From positions 72,098-136,097 of the forward strand of contig CAKQTH010000001.1 in the NCBI GenBank assembly GCA_934276635.1: a stretch of 64,000 nucleotides of DNA, written 5' to 3'. Shown piece after piece: positions 1 through 10,234 of this stretch. The DNA comes from an uncultured Alphaproteobacteria bacterium. Lineage in GTDB: Bacteria; Pseudomonadota; Alphaproteobacteria; RF32; CAG-239. Below the pieces are notes generated by a model. The model did no database searches. It had not been told where the DNA came from and saw nothing but the letters and a program-made list of their open reading frames with translations. Numbering within the stretch: position 1 is the first letter of the stretch; each line of letters begins with the position of its first letter. The position numbers were made by a program, and so were the translations under genes.

Positions 1-419
1 GTCAAACGATATCCGTTGCCTTCAAATTTGTCGGCATAACCGTCTTCTCTAACCTTAACTTCGTATTCACCAAAGCCAAGACCTGCCAACAATTCAAACT
101 TCTGGTCGCAGCCGAGCGGCAAATAACCGAGAGCATCTACACCGTATGCCTGCATACGAGAGTGATATCTTGAATCATCGTAGTGGTTGCTTTCCTGTTT
201 AGAAAGCTGATAGAAAGCTTCTACACCGAACCATTTATTGAATTTTACACCGGCAACAACTGCGCCGCTGTCAGAATGATCAATCAAAGCGTTTTCAGCT
301 TCCTGATCCATTCTCCACATAGAGTATGTATAATCAGCTCCAACATAAGGAGTCATTTCAGCGTTTGCGCTGGCAGCGAACAAGCAGGCAACTCCGGCAA
401 GCAATAAAGTTTTTTTCAT
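1..419 (-). CDS. outer-membrane beta-barrel protein (OmpA-like/Omp25-type), N-terminal portion; gene continues past window start
   Basis: minus-strand ATG at 417-419; signal peptide MKKTLLLAGVACLFAASANA followed by Tyr/Gly/aromatic-rich beta-strand-like sequence; no in-frame stop seen before position 1. Confidence 0.55.
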   Translation of the reverse strand, partial: MKKTLLLAGVACLFAASANAEMTPYVGADYTYSMWRMDQEAENALIDHSDSGAVVAGVKFNKWFGVEAFYQLSKQESNHYDDSRYHSRMQAYGVDALGYLPLGCDQKFELLAGLGFGEYEVKVREDGYADKFEGNGYRL

Positions 420-557
420 GAAAATTTCCTTTCCGAATTATAACTGTTATAAAACGATATCATAGCCAAAATAACTATTCGAACTACAATATATAGCCAA
501 ATTATTATAAATCTCTTAATTTTTCAATCAAATTAAAATCAAGCTGGGTAAAACCTC

Positions 558-592
558 AAAAAAACTCAAAAAAATCCCCGAATTATCGGGGA
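558..592 (-). terminator. rho-independent terminator downstream of secB
   Basis: inverted repeat TCCCCGA-atta-TCGGGGA at 575-592, followed on the minus strand by a T-run (plus-strand A-run 561-574). Confidence 0.6.
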
Positions 593-604
593 TTATAGCA
601 ACAA

Positions 605-1078
605 TCAGTTTTTATTTTCTTGCTGTTCTTTTGCTTTTGCTTCTTTAAGCTTTTTTGCGGTATAAAGAGCGGCAAAATCAATCGGGTTAATCATAAATGG
701 CGGTAGTCCGCCTTCTGTTAAGCAGGTGGTTACCACATTGCGTGCAAACGGGAATATCAACCTCGGGATTTCAATCAACAACAGCGGTTCAATATGTTCT
801 GCCGGAACATTGAGGCTGGCGACGGAAGCGTATGTGAGTTCCAAAATAAACAGTTTTTTATCTTCCAAATCGCCGTTCAACGAAATTTTGAGCTCGACAT
901 TATAATAGCTGTCGTGCATTTTGTTGGCGTTGATATCGATATCAAGGTTTACTTTCGGGGCGCCCTTAATCTCACGAAAAATTTCCGGCGCATACGGAAT
1001 CTCCAAAGACAAGTCTTTGATATATTGATTGTTTATGGCAATAGCCGGAGCATTGTTTTTTGTTTCTTCTGTCATCAT
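605..1078 (-). CDS. secB: protein-export chaperone SecB
   Basis: about 157 aa; N-terminal MMTEETKNNAPAIAINNQYIKDLSLE and overall SecB-like acidic C-terminus; start taken at the internal Met pair (1078) rather than ORF-table start 1120. Confidence 0.8.
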   Translation of the reverse strand: MMTEETKNNAPAIAINNQYIKDLSLEIPYAPEIFREIKGAPKVNLDIDINANKMHDSYYNVELKISLNGDLEDKKLFILELTYASVASLNVPAEHIEPLLLIEIPRLIFPFARNVVTTCLTEGGLPPFMINPIDFAALYTAKKLKEAKAKEQQENKN

Positions 1079-1198
1079 AATATCCTTTTTAAGATTAAAA
1101 TTTGTTCCACAATATAACAAATATTTTAAGTAGTCAAAATATTTATGGTTGATAATAAAATTTTTGAAATATATATTGAAGATAAGGAGAGTTTAAAA

Positions 1199-1834
1199 AT
1201 GTACGCATATTTGGATATCTTAATATTGTTGGTTGTTGTGTTTGCGGTGTTTTATCGGCTACGCAACATTTTGGGTACCAACCCCGAAGAAAAAAATGTT
1301 ATTATCATTTCGAAAAACGGCGAAAAAGAACTGGCTAAGATTCTGAAAATCAAAGAGGCAGAAGTTCGTGAAGAGATTTTGAAAGCCGCAGGGCATGAAG
1401 AGTTTGAAACCGAACTTGAAAAAATCGAGGGATTCAGCAAGCCTCGTTTTATGTCCGGAGCAAAAAAGGCTTTTGAAATAATAGTCTGCGCTTTTGCCAA
1501 TGCCGATTTGGAAACTTTGCGCTCGCTGACTACCCCGAAAACATATAAAAGGTTTGAAGAGATAATTTTGCAGCGCCAGAGCGACGGTCAGATTGCGGAA
1601 ACCGATTTTATCGGAATCGACAGCGCGAAAATCGTCGATGCGAAAGTTTCTTCAAAAACGGCAAAAATTGTGGTAAATTTTGTGTCGGAGCAGATTAATC
1701 TGATTAAAGACGCCGGCGGCAAAATTTTACAGGGTGACGAAAATTTTGTGCAGAAAATCAACGATGTTTGGACTTTTGAACAGAATCTGAATGAACATAA
1801 CAATATGTGGCTTTTGTCTTCTACGAAAAAATAA
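1199..1834 (+). CDS. Tim44-like domain protein (alphaproteobacterial inner-membrane protein encoded next to secB)
   Basis: RBS AAGGAGA 8 nt before ATG 1199; N-terminal TM helix then soluble C-terminal domain ending ...NDVWTFEQNLNEHNNMWLL; conserved secB-adjacent position in Alphaproteobacteria; ORF-table start 1145 is an alternative. Confidence 0.6.
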   Translation: MYAYLDILILLVVVFAVFYRLRNILGTNPEEKNVIIISKNGEKELAKILKIKEAEVREEILKAAGHEEFETELEKIEGFSKPRFMSGAKKAFEIIVCAFANADLETLRSLTTPKTYKRFEEIILQRQSDGQIAETDFIGIDSAKIVDAKVSSKTAKIVVNFVSEQINLIKDAGGKILQGDENFVQKINDVWTFEQNLNEHNNMWLLSSTKK

Positions 1835-3010
1835 ATGAAAAAACTTGTTTGTACCATAGCCGCTGTTTTGGCGCTTGTCTCGTGCTCCAAAGATAACGAA
1901 CCTGATTTTTTGGAGTTTGAAGATGAAAACGGCGCAAAAATCAGTCTGCAAAAAACGGATTTTTCAGATTTAAGAGGGTGGAAAAAAGACAATCTTGAGG
2001 ATATGGTTCCGGCGTTTGAAGCTTCCTGCGGAGTGATTTTGAAAACTTCATCGCCTGAGCTTCCTTCTGCCGTCGTCAAAATCAACACAAGCGATTATCA
2101 GCGCGCCTGTATGCGTTTTTTTGATGAAAAAATCAGCAATGCAAAAGATTTTAAGAAATTTTTGCAAGATAATTTTGTTCCGTATCTTGTAAGTCAGAAC
2201 GGCATTGCTGACGGCAAATTTACATCATATTATCAAGCTCAGATATCGGCGTCGACGACTCCTGACAGCAAATATAAGTATCCGATATATGGTAAACCGG
2301 CTGATTTGATAGAGGTAAATTTGGCGGATTTCGGTGAGGAACTGCCAAAGACTAGATTGCTCGGACGGGTACAAAATCAAAAAATGGTGCCGTATTATAC
2401 CCGCGCAGAGATAGAAAATAATCCCGATGTTGCAAAAGATTTTCCGATACTTTTGTGGGGAGACAATCCGGTTGATATTCTGATTATGCAAATTCAGGGC
2501 TCTGCTATTGCAGAACTGCCGGACGGAGAAACTGTCTCTTTGGCCTATGCCGACAACAACGGGCGCAAATTCAGCGGAATCGGCAGTGTTCTTTTGGCCG
2601 CCGGAAAGCTTGAAAAAGGCAAAGCCTCGATGGGAGAAATAAAAAAATGGCTGGAAGCAAATCTTGATGAGGCAAAAAAGTATATGCAGCAAAACGAAAG
2701 ATATGTGTTTCAGCGGATTTCAAATACTCATGGCGCGGTCGGAGCACAGGGAGTTGAGTTGACCGCTCAGCGCAGTATTGCGGTGGATAAGACCAAAGTT
2801 CCGCTCGGGGCGATGTTTTGGCTCGAAACAACCGGGCCGGACGGCGAGCCTCTTGAAAAAACGGTGATTGCGCAGGATATAGGTGGGGCGATTAAAGGTG
2901 CTGTTCGCGGCGATTATTTTTGGGGATACGGCGATAATGCGCTTGAGGCTGCCGGAAAAATGAATGCAAAGGGACGGTATTACATTTTTATGCCGAAAGA
3001 AAATGACTGA
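1835..3010 (+). CDS. mltA: membrane-bound lytic murein transglycosylase A (MltA family) lipoprotein
   Basis: lipoprotein signal MKKLVCTIAAVLALVSCS; 3D-domain-like C-terminus DIGGAIKGAVRGDYFWGYGDNA; conserved Tim44-like/MltA/Smr synteny. Confidence 0.75.
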   Translation: MKKLVCTIAAVLALVSCSKDNEPDFLEFEDENGAKISLQKTDFSDLRGWKKDNLEDMVPAFEASCGVILKTSSPELPSAVVKINTSDYQRACMRFFDEKISNAKDFKKFLQDNFVPYLVSQNGIADGKFTSYYQAQISASTTPDSKYKYPIYGKPADLIEVNLADFGEELPKTRLLGRVQNQKMVPYYTRAEIENNPDVAKDFPILLWGDNPVDILIMQIQGSAIAELPDGETVSLAYADNNGRKFSGIGSVLLAAGKLEKGKASMGEIKKWLEANLDEAKKYMQQNERYVFQRISNTHGAVGAQGVELTAQRSIAVDKTKVPLGAMFWLETTGPDGEPLEKTVIAQDIGGAIKGAVRGDYFWGYGDNALEAAGKMNAKGRYYIFMPKEND

Positions 3011-3527
3011 AGACGATGAAAAAATTTGGCTTGAGGCGGTGGAAGGAGTCAAAAAAATCAGTCATGCCACGGTTGCCGCAAACAAAAAGCCGAGCAAAAA
3101 GAAAAATACCGAAATTTCGATTCCGTTTGTTTCGCGCAGCGGATTTTCTGACGATTTGCAACTTTCGGATTTTCATAATGTCGACAGGGCGATGGCCAAA
3201 CGCATAAAGCGCACAAAATATGAGGTTGAAGGCGTTTTGGATTTACACGGATATACGGTTGACAGAGCGTTTGACGCAGTGCGCAATTTTGTGTTTGAGG
3301 CGTATAACCGAGGCAAAAGGTGTGTGATAATCGTGACCGGCAAAGGCTACGGAAAAGGCGATGAAGAAACGGATATTTTTGCCACCAGAGGGGTTTTGCG
3401 CGATATGGTCCCTCAATGGCTGAATGCGCAAGATGTCCGGCCGCTGATTTTGTCTGTCAGCAATCCGCCGGAAAATATGGGAGGCAGCGGGGCGTTATAC
3501 ATAATTTTGCGCCGCCACCGCGAATAA
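3003..3527 (+). CDS. Smr (MutS2 C-terminal-like) domain protein
   Basis: C-terminal Smr motif DLHGYTVDRAFDAVRNFV...CVIIVTGKGYG; start ATG 3003 overlaps the mltA stop. Confidence 0.65.
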   Translation: MTEDDEKIWLEAVEGVKKISHATVAANKKPSKKKNTEISIPFVSRSGFSDDLQLSDFHNVDRAMAKRIKRTKYEVEGVLDLHGYTVDRAFDAVRNFVFEAYNRGKRCVIIVTGKGYGKGDEETDIFATRGVLRDMVPQWLNAQDVRPLILSVSNPPENMGGSGALYIILRRHRE

Positions 3528-3531
3528 GCGT

Positions 3532-4290
3532 CTAAACCTTATGCGGCAGACGAAAATAAATAAAATCGCTCAGTCTGTTAGGCAAAATCGAAAGCAACCA
3601 TACGGCAAAGCGCATCGGCCACGGGAACGCAATCAGACCGATGTTTTTTTCGACTCTTTTTGCAATAATTTCGGCAGCTTTGTCCGCTTCCAAAAAGAAA
3701 GGCATCGGGCAGGTGTTTTTGGCGGTAATGCGCGAGCGTACAAAACCGGGGCAGACCACACATACATTTATACCGTATTTCTGCAAATCGCCGCGCAGAG
3801 CCTCGCCGTACGCCTTGACACAGGCTTTTGAAGCGCTGTATGACGGGCAGGCCGGAAGTCCGTGATATCCGGCGATTGAGGCCGTAATTACCAAAGTTTT
3901 GTTTTTGTCCTTGCGTTGTTTGAAGATTTCAGATGCCGGAACAACGGTGTTCAGCACGCCGAAAATGTTGGTTTCAAAAGTGTTATAAATATTTTCGGGA
4001 AACTCTTGGAGCGTTGCAACGCCGGCATTTGCAAAAACAATATTAAGCGGTGCCGTTTTTTCGCATTCGTTTATCCATTCGGCGGTTTTTTGCCGGTCTT
4101 TAATATCCAGAATTTTTGTGCGGACGACAAGATTTTGCGCCGATTCCGCGCATTTCTGCTTAACTGCCTCAAGCCGCTCGACATTTCTTCCGCATAAAAA
4201 CAGATTTTTTGCGCCATGGGTCGCATAATACAGCGCCAAAGCTTCTCCGATGCCCGAAGATGCGCCGGTAATAAGGATATTCTCGTTCAT
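3532..4290 (-). CDS. SDR-family short-chain dehydrogenase/reductase
   Basis: N-terminal Rossmann motif ITGASSGIGEALA; catalytic YSASK motif (SYSASKACVKAY). Confidence 0.8.
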   Translation of the reverse strand: MNENILITGASSGIGEALALYYATHGAKNLFLCGRNVERLEAVKQKCAESAQNLVVRTKILDIKDRQKTAEWINECEKTAPLNIVFANAGVATLQEFPENIYNTFETNIFGVLNTVVPASEIFKQRKDKNKTLVITASIAGYHGLPACPSYSASKACVKAYGEALRGDLQKYGINVCVVCPGFVRSRITAKNTCPMPFFLEADKAAEIIAKRVEKNIGLIAFPWPMRFAVWLLSILPNRLSDFIYFRLPHKV

Positions 4291-4374
4291 TGTATTTTCT
4301 CCTGAAAAAGAGTAATTTATTCTTAACTTTATGACTATATTATACTAAAAAAATCAAATGTGGAGAAAAATATT

Positions 4375-5037
4375 ATGGATAAGATAATTGAAAAGATAAA
4401 ACAGCTACGCAGAGGCGCGATGTTTATAATCGAAGCGCCGTCTGGAACCGGCAAAAGCGTTGTGATTAAAGAGCTTTTGGCTCAAGATGAAAACTTGAAG
4501 TTTTCGGTTTCAGTCACTACCCGCGAAAAAAGAAAAGGCGAAATTGACGGCGTTGATTATCACTATATAAACGATGCGCAATATGATCAGTTTTTGGCTC
4601 AAGATGCGTTTTATGAATATGTAAACTCGCAATACGGCTCCCGTTACGGGACTTTGCGCTCGGAAGTAGACAGTTTTATCAATGTCGGCCAAGATGTGGT
4701 TTTTGATGTGGATTGGGAAGGTATGCGCCAAATAAAATCAAAGGCTCCGAACGATGTTGTCTCGATTTATCTGCTCCCTCCTTCAATTAAGGAGCTGCGC
4801 CGCAGACTTGAAGGCAGAGGAACCGATTCTCACGAAGTTATCGAAAAAAGAATGTCGCTGATTTTGGAAAAATTGAAACATTGGGACGAGTTTGATTATG
4901 TGATTGTCAATGTTGATGTTGATGAAACCGTTAAAAAAATTCAAAAAATCATCTCGGGAGAAAGAATGAAGCGCGTTCGCCAGATTGGGGTGAAAATGTT
5001 TGTAAAAGAGCTTATTAAAGAGGCCGAGGAGGGCTGA
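4375..5037 (+). CDS. gmk: guanylate kinase
   Basis: P-loop APSGTGKS and the guanylate kinase signature region ...TTREKRKGEIDGVDYHYI; RBS GGAG 9 nt before ATG 4375 (ORF table uses GTG 4360). Confidence 0.85.
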   Translation: MDKIIEKIKQLRRGAMFIIEAPSGTGKSVVIKELLAQDENLKFSVSVTTREKRKGEIDGVDYHYINDAQYDQFLAQDAFYEYVNSQYGSRYGTLRSEVDSFINVGQDVVFDVDWEGMRQIKSKAPNDVVSIYLLPPSIKELRRRLEGRGTDSHEVIEKRMSLILEKLKHWDEFDYVIVNVDVDETVKKIQKIISGERMKRVRQIGVKMFVKELIKEAEEG

Positions 5038-5043
5038 TTTTTG

Positions 5044-5970
5044 ATGCAAAAAATTTATGACAGCGCGACTGAACTGGTCGGGAAAACTCCGCTTTTGAAT
5101 ATGCGCCGCTTGGCGCACAAGTTCGGGCTGAAGGCCTCGATTTTGGGAAAGTGCGAATTTTTTAATCCGTCGTTTTCCGTAAAAGACCGTGCCGCAAAAG
5201 CGATGATAGAAGAGGCTGAAAAGCTTCCGCTTAATCAGGGTACGGTTTTTGTTGAGGCAACTTCCGGCAATATGGGAATTGCGCTGTCGGCGATTTGTGC
5301 GGCAAAAGGCTATAAACTGGTGATTATAATGCCGGAAAATATGCCGATTGAAAGAATAAACATTATGCGCCATTTCGGGGCAGAGGTGATTTTGACGCCG
5401 GCGCAGGACGGAATGAGCGGAGCAATCGCCAAAGCTGAAATGCTGGCAGCAAAAAATCCGCAGGCGGTGCTGTTGCGCCAATTTGAAAATATTGCAAATT
5501 TGAATGCGCACAAATTTGGTACGAGTATTGAGATTTTGGACGATACCGGCGGTGAAATTGATTGTTTTGTGGCCGGTGTCGGAACATCGGGAACATTAAG
5601 CGGCGTTGCGCAAACTCTGAAAAGCTATAATCCTGATTTGTATGTGGCGGCGGTTGAACCGGCAAAAAGTCCGGTTTTGAGCGGCGGGCAAAAAGGCTCG
5701 CACAAAATTTTCGGAATCGGAGCCGGATTTGTGCCGAAATTTTACGACAAATCGCTGGTCAACAAAGTTATACCCGTTAATGATGAAGATGCTTTTGCAA
5801 TGGCAAAGACCGTTTCAGAGGTTGAAGGAATATCGGTCGGAATTTCCGCCGGAGCCGCGGTTTTTGCTGCTGTTGAGCTGGCAAAGCGGCCAGAGATGAA
5901 AAACAAAAATATTGTGGTAATTTTGCCGGATTCGGCCGAAAGATATCTTTCGATTGACGGTTTTGCTTGA
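5044..5970 (+). CDS. cysK: cysteine synthase A (O-acetylserine sulfhydrylase), PLP-dependent
   Basis: PLP-Lys motif PSFSVKDRAA and GNMGIALSA, TSGT region; about 308 aa. Confidence 0.85.
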   Translation: MQKIYDSATELVGKTPLLNMRRLAHKFGLKASILGKCEFFNPSFSVKDRAAKAMIEEAEKLPLNQGTVFVEATSGNMGIALSAICAAKGYKLVIIMPENMPIERINIMRHFGAEVILTPAQDGMSGAIAKAEMLAAKNPQAVLLRQFENIANLNAHKFGTSIEILDDTGGEIDCFVAGVGTSGTLSGVAQTLKSYNPDLYVAAVEPAKSPVLSGGQKGSHKIFGIGAGFVPKFYDKSLVNKVIPVNDEDAFAMAKTVSEVEGISVGISAGAAVFAAVELAKRPEMKNKNIVVILPDSAERYLSIDGFA

Positions 5971-6026
5971 TATCTGCCGATTTTTTGTGTATGTTCAGAA
6001 AAAAAATGTAACGAAAAGCGAAAAAT

Positions 6027-7133
6027 ATGAAACCAACCTCAATTCTCGGACGATATATCAGCAAACAGTTGGTGCTGAATTTTTTGGCTGTTTTGATGAT
6101 GATTATCGGCATTATCCTGATGTTTGAAGTGATTGAACTTCTGCGCAGAACATCGGGCAGACCTGATGTAAACGGCTGGTTTGTGCTGCAAATGGCGGTC
6201 ACAAAGCTGCCGCAGACGCTGGATATTGTGTTTCCGTTCGTGATGCTGATTGCATCGATAATCTCTTTTTGGAAAATCAGCAAAAATAACGAATATGTGA
6301 TTATCAGAGCGGCCGGGGTTTCGATTTGGGGATTTTTGCTGCCGGTTTTGATTACCGCGTTTTTAATCGGCGTGATTAATGTCGGATTGCTCAATCCGAT
6401 TTCGGCAAAGCTGTATGAAATTCACGAGACGCTTGATTTTCGCTTTAAGACAAAAAATCCGAACGCTCTGCTGTTTTCGAGCAAAGGTTTGTGGACGCGC
6501 GAGGCTGTCAGCTCCGAGACGGTTAATGTGCTTCAGGCAAAAAGCCTGCGTAATGAAGACGATACACTGATTCTGCGCGATGTCAGCCTGCTTGAAATGG
6601 ATAGAGATTCGCAAATTCTGCGCCGCATAGAGGCTTTTGCCGCAACGCTTGAGGACGGAGATATGGAGCTGCGCGATGTGCGGATTTTCCGCTCCGGCGA
6701 GCCGACAAAGACCGTTAACAGCTTGAAATATAAAACATCGCTAAATTTGGACAGGATTAAGGAAAATTTTGTTGAACCGGACGCAATTTCTTTTTGGGCT
6801 CTGCCGGAAACCATCAGCTTTTATGAAATGTCGGGCTTTTCGGCGCAGCGGCACAAAATGAGATATTTGTCGCTGATGGCATCGCCATTTTTGTTGTGCT
6901 GTATGGTTCTTTTGGCTTCGATTTTTGCGCTGAAGCCCAATATCAGAAAAGGCGGGGTGATGATTCTGATTGTCAGCGGAATCACCACCGGATTTTTGGT
7001 ATATTTCCTCTCGCAGCTGATTTATACATTCGGCATAAACGGATATATTCCGGTTGCATTTGCCGCATGGGCGCCTTCTCTGATAATTGTTTTGATATCA
7101 ATTTCGGTATTGCTGCATTTGGAAGACGACTGA
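6027..7133 (+). CDS. LptF/LptG-family LPS export permease
   Basis: 368 aa; N-terminal MKPTSILGRYISKQLVLNFL typical of the YjgP/YjgQ family; multiple TM segments flanking a periplasmic domain. Confidence 0.7.
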   Translation: MKPTSILGRYISKQLVLNFLAVLMMIIGIILMFEVIELLRRTSGRPDVNGWFVLQMAVTKLPQTLDIVFPFVMLIASIISFWKISKNNEYVIIRAAGVSIWGFLLPVLITAFLIGVINVGLLNPISAKLYEIHETLDFRFKTKNPNALLFSSKGLWTREAVSSETVNVLQAKSLRNEDDTLILRDVSLLEMDRDSQILRRIEAFAATLEDGDMELRDVRIFRSGEPTKTVNSLKYKTSLNLDRIKENFVEPDAISFWALPETISFYEMSGFSAQRHKMRYLSLMASPFLLCCMVLLASIFALKPNIRKGGVMILIVSGITTGFLVYFLSQLIYTFGINGYIPVAFAAWAPSLIIVLISISVLLHLEDD

Positions 7134-7136
7134 TTT

Positions 7137-8381
7137 TTAGAAAAACAGTGTCGCTCTGAGTGAAAACGCAGCGCCGTAATCGCTTTTTTCATTTTGCGCA
7201 GGCGAAATATAGAATTGAACATCAGGAGTGATGGTCAGCCATTTGGAAATTCCCCATGCCCAATATGCTTCAACAACTTTTTCGGCCGAGCTTGAAAGGC
7301 TGTTTCCGACGGCTTTCTCGTCAATTTTGTTATAAGCAAAAGCAAGGCCGATTTGGTCGAGCGGGTTTCTGTCAAGCGGGTTGTTATATGCGGCGCCAAT
7401 TACCCACGACTGGTTGATTGTAGCCACATCGCCAGAAACTCCGTTGACGCGCGCAAACAGGTTAAGCTTTTCACCGATATTTTGTGAAAGGTTAAGCGAC
7501 CAACCGTTGGTTGTTCCGTTTTGTTCTTTGACGGAAGGCTGATTATATACCAAAATCGAATATTGTCCGTCGCCGAGGTCTTTTATTGTCGGAGTATAAG
7601 AAACAGAGGCAAAAGTTGTATAGTGCTCGTCATTGAGGTGGTTGAGGCGCACACTGATTGCATCAACATTTGTTGCGTCCTGCGCACCGACAGCAAACGA
7701 CCAGTCAGGGTTAGGATCTGCCTGAACATATGCGCCGACGCCCGCAGTCGGATATGTGGAAGACGCATTTTGCGACAGGGCATAGTTTATAAAGTTTACC
7801 TGTTGGTTGGCGTCATATTGCGTTCCGTCAAAGTTATAGAGCGGAAATTGACCGATTGCAAGCGTCAGCCATTTGAAATTTCCGCCGGCGGTGTAGGTAT
7901 AATACAATTCGTCAAACGCGTTTTCTTTTGAAGCATAATCATTGATTGCGGTAACAACGCCCATATTGTTTGCCAGATGATTTGCGCTGATGCCGCCGTA
8001 TCTGACAACCGTATATGCAAAGTTGAGCGTTCCGGTGCCGTATTCATTGTTAAAAGTTGTCCAGCTGAAAGACGGATATATCATAGTCTGATATGATGTT
8101 TTTTTGCCGGATGGCGTGCCTCTTTGCGGCATATACGAAATATCAAGAGAATAATCAAATCCGTATTTTTCGCTCAGAGTGTTCTTAAAGTCGGTATATT
8201 CTTTTCCGAAATCCGAAAATGTGTGGTTCCGGCGGATTTTCCCAGCCTCAGCACGCAGCTTTGCGCCTCTGGACGAAGAAGTTCCGCTTTGCTCCGAAAC
8301 ATTGTTTGTTTGAGCAAAAACAGACGACGCAAAAAATAAAAATCCTAAAGTTGCAGTACAAAAAACAAAAATTTTTTTCAT
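7137..8381 (-). CDS. outer-membrane porin (possibly OprB-like carbohydrate-selective porin family)
   Basis: signal peptide MKKIFVFCTATLGFLFFASSVFA; Asn/Tyr/Gly-rich beta-barrel sequence; C-terminal ...SLRATLFF aromatic terminus; start at ATG 8381 with GGAG RBS (table start 8396 is TTG). Confidence 0.5.
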   Translation of the reverse strand: MKKIFVFCTATLGFLFFASSVFAQTNNVSEQSGTSSSRGAKLRAEAGKIRRNHTFSDFGKEYTDFKNTLSEKYGFDYSLDISYMPQRGTPSGKKTSYQTMIYPSFSWTTFNNEYGTGTLNFAYTVVRYGGISANHLANNMGVVTAINDYASKENAFDELYYTYTAGGNFKWLTLAIGQFPLYNFDGTQYDANQQVNFINYALSQNASSTYPTAGVGAYVQADPNPDWSFAVGAQDATNVDAISVRLNHLNDEHYTTFASVSYTPTIKDLGDGQYSILVYNQPSVKEQNGTTNGWSLNLSQNIGEKLNLFARVNGVSGDVATINQSWVIGAAYNNPLDRNPLDQIGLAFAYNKIDEKAVGNSLSSSAEKVVEAYWAWGISKWLTITPDVQFYISPAQNEKSDYGAAFSLRATLFF

Positions 8382-8513
8382 AAAATTTCTCCGCAAAAAT
8401 TAAACAAGTGAAAGATATTTATGCTTGTTTTGCAAAAATAAAAGGGGAATAAGAAAAAATCGCTTGCAGTGAATGTGTGCCTGATATAAACTAATCCGCA
8501 GTTGGAGAAAAAT

Positions 8514-9176
8514 ATGATAGCAAAATTGAAGGGCATAATCGACACAATCGGTGAAGATTATTGCATTATTGATGTAAACGGAGTCGGATATCTGGTGTTT
8601 GCGTCGTCAAAAACATTGGGCAGGCTTAAAATAGGCGCGTTTGCCTCGCTGCTGATAGAAACACAGGTTCGCGAAGACAGCATCTCATTGTTCGGATTTT
8701 TTGATTCGCTTGAAAAAGAGTGGTTTTCGGTACTGACAAAAGTTCAGGGAGTCGGCGCAAAAGTCGGGCTCAGCATATTGTCGACACTAACTCCGCTGCA
8801 ACTTGCTCAGGCGGTTGCGGCACAGGACAAGTCGTCTTTTGCCAGAGCGAACGGCGTCGGGCCTAAACTGGCGGCCAGATTGGCGGTTGAGCTGAAAGAC
8901 AAGATTGTGACGGCTCCGCTCGAAACCGTTGATAAAAAAGACTTAATGCGCCAGATTAATAATCAGGAAGAAGCATCTCCGCAGCAGACAGAACAACCGC
9001 AGGCCGAACCGAATGCCGATATGGTTGAAGATTTGATTTCAGCGCTTGTAAATTTGGGGTATCCGCGGCTTGATGCGTATCGTGCGGCAACAAAGGTTTT
9101 GGCTCAAAATCCGGAAGACGAATTTTCCGTTGCCCTCAAAAAAGCGCTCAAAGAATTTGTTAGTAAGGATTTTTAG
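8514..9176 (+). CDS. ruvA: Holliday junction DNA helicase subunit RuvA
   Basis: MIAKLKGIIDTIGEDYCIIDVNGVGYLV... classic RuvA N-terminus, HhH region, C-terminal domain; RBS GGAG before ATG 8514. Confidence 0.9.
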   Translation: MIAKLKGIIDTIGEDYCIIDVNGVGYLVFASSKTLGRLKIGAFASLLIETQVREDSISLFGFFDSLEKEWFSVLTKVQGVGAKVGLSILSTLTPLQLAQAVAAQDKSSFARANGVGPKLAARLAVELKDKIVTAPLETVDKKDLMRQINNQEEASPQQTEQPQAEPNADMVEDLISALVNLGYPRLDAYRAATKVLAQNPEDEFSVALKKALKEFVSKDF

Positions 9177-9179
9177 GCT

Positions 9180-10232
9180 ATGAACGAACAAGACAGAATC
9201 ATTACTCCGAAAAGAACACCTGAAGATGAAATTCAGTCAGCAAATCCGGTCAGCCTGCGCCCGAACTGCCTTGATGATTTTATCGGGCAGAGAGCTGTAT
9301 GCGACAATTTAAAAGTTTTTATTGAAGCGGCAAAAGCTCGCGGTGAGGCGCTTGATCATGTGCTTTTGTTCGGGCCTCCGGGGCTCGGAAAAACAACTTT
9401 GGCATCGATTATTGCAAAAGAGCTGAAAGTCGGTTTTCGCGCAACTTCCGCGCCGATGATTACAAAGTCTGGAGATTTGGCCGCAATTTTGACTAATCTT
9501 GAAAAAAACGATGTTTTGTTTATTGATGAAATTCATCGCCTTAATCCGGCAATTGAAGAAGTTTTGTATTCCGCGATGGAAGATTTTCAGCTTGATATCA
9601 TTATCGGAGAAGGTCCTTCCGCTCGTTCGGTGCGCATAGATTTGCAACCGTTTACACTGGTCGGAGCAACAACCCGTTCCGGTTTGCTTTCAACTCCGTT
9701 GCGCGAAAGATTCGGCATTCCTCTTCGTCTCGATTTTTATAACCCCGATGATTTGGAAAAAATCGTTTTGCGTGGAGCAGGCCTTTTGGGTATGCATATC
9801 AGCGAATCCGGAGCTCGGGAAATAGCTCTGCGTTCAAGAGGAACGCCGCGTGTTGCAGGAAGACTGTTGCGCCGCGTGCGCGATTTCGGAGCGGTCGCTC
9901 AGGCGCATGAAGTGGACAATCTGATTGCGGATAAGGCTCTGCGCCGGCTTGATGTTGACAATTACGGGCTTGACGCGTTTGATCGCCGCTATTTGGAATG
10001 CATCTTGAAAAATTATGGTGGAGGGCCGGTCGGAGCTGATACTCTGGCTGCTGCGCTTTCAGAAGAAAGAGATACAATTGAAGAAGTTATCGAGCCATTT
10101 TTGCTCAAACTCGGCTTTTTGCAAAGAACCCCGCGCGGAAGGGTGATATCCGATTTGGGTTGCGAATATTTGGGTGTTAAGCCGAAACACAAAAAAGAAA
10201 CCGCGCAGTTTGATTTGTTGGACGGAGAATAG
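9180..10232 (+). CDS. ruvB: Holliday junction branch-migration ATPase RuvB
   Basis: Walker [21 protein letters not shown], RuvB C-terminal winged helix; immediately follows ruvA. Confidence 0.95.
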   Translation: MNEQDRIITPKRTPEDEIQSANPVSLRPNCLDDFIGQRAVCDNLKVFIEAAKARGEALDHVLLFGPPGLGKTTLASIIAKELKVGFRATSAPMITKSGDLAAILTNLEKNDVLFIDEIHRLNPAIEEVLYSAMEDFQLDIIIGEGPSARSVRIDLQPFTLVGATTRSGLLSTPLRERFGIPLRLDFYNPDDLEKIVLRGAGLLGMHISESGAREIALRSRGTPRVAGRLLRRVRDFGAVAQAHEVDNLIADKALRRLDVDNYGLDAFDRRYLECILKNYGGGPVGADTLAAALSEERDTIEEVIEPFLLKLGFLQRTPRGRVISDLGCEYLGVKPKHKKETAQFDLLDGE

Positions 10233-10234
10233 CG

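Noticed and set aside
4783-5511. 242-aa minus-strand ORF spanning the gmk/cysK junction
   Set aside because: Antisense to two well-supported genes with strong motifs. It has a Phe/Arg/Asn-rich junk-like composition. Shadow ORF.
8397-8513. Possible LexA (SOS) box upstream of ruvA
   Set aside because: Searched for the alphaproteobacterial GTTC-N7-GTTC / GAAC-N7-GAAC direct repeat. None present in the ruvA upstream region.
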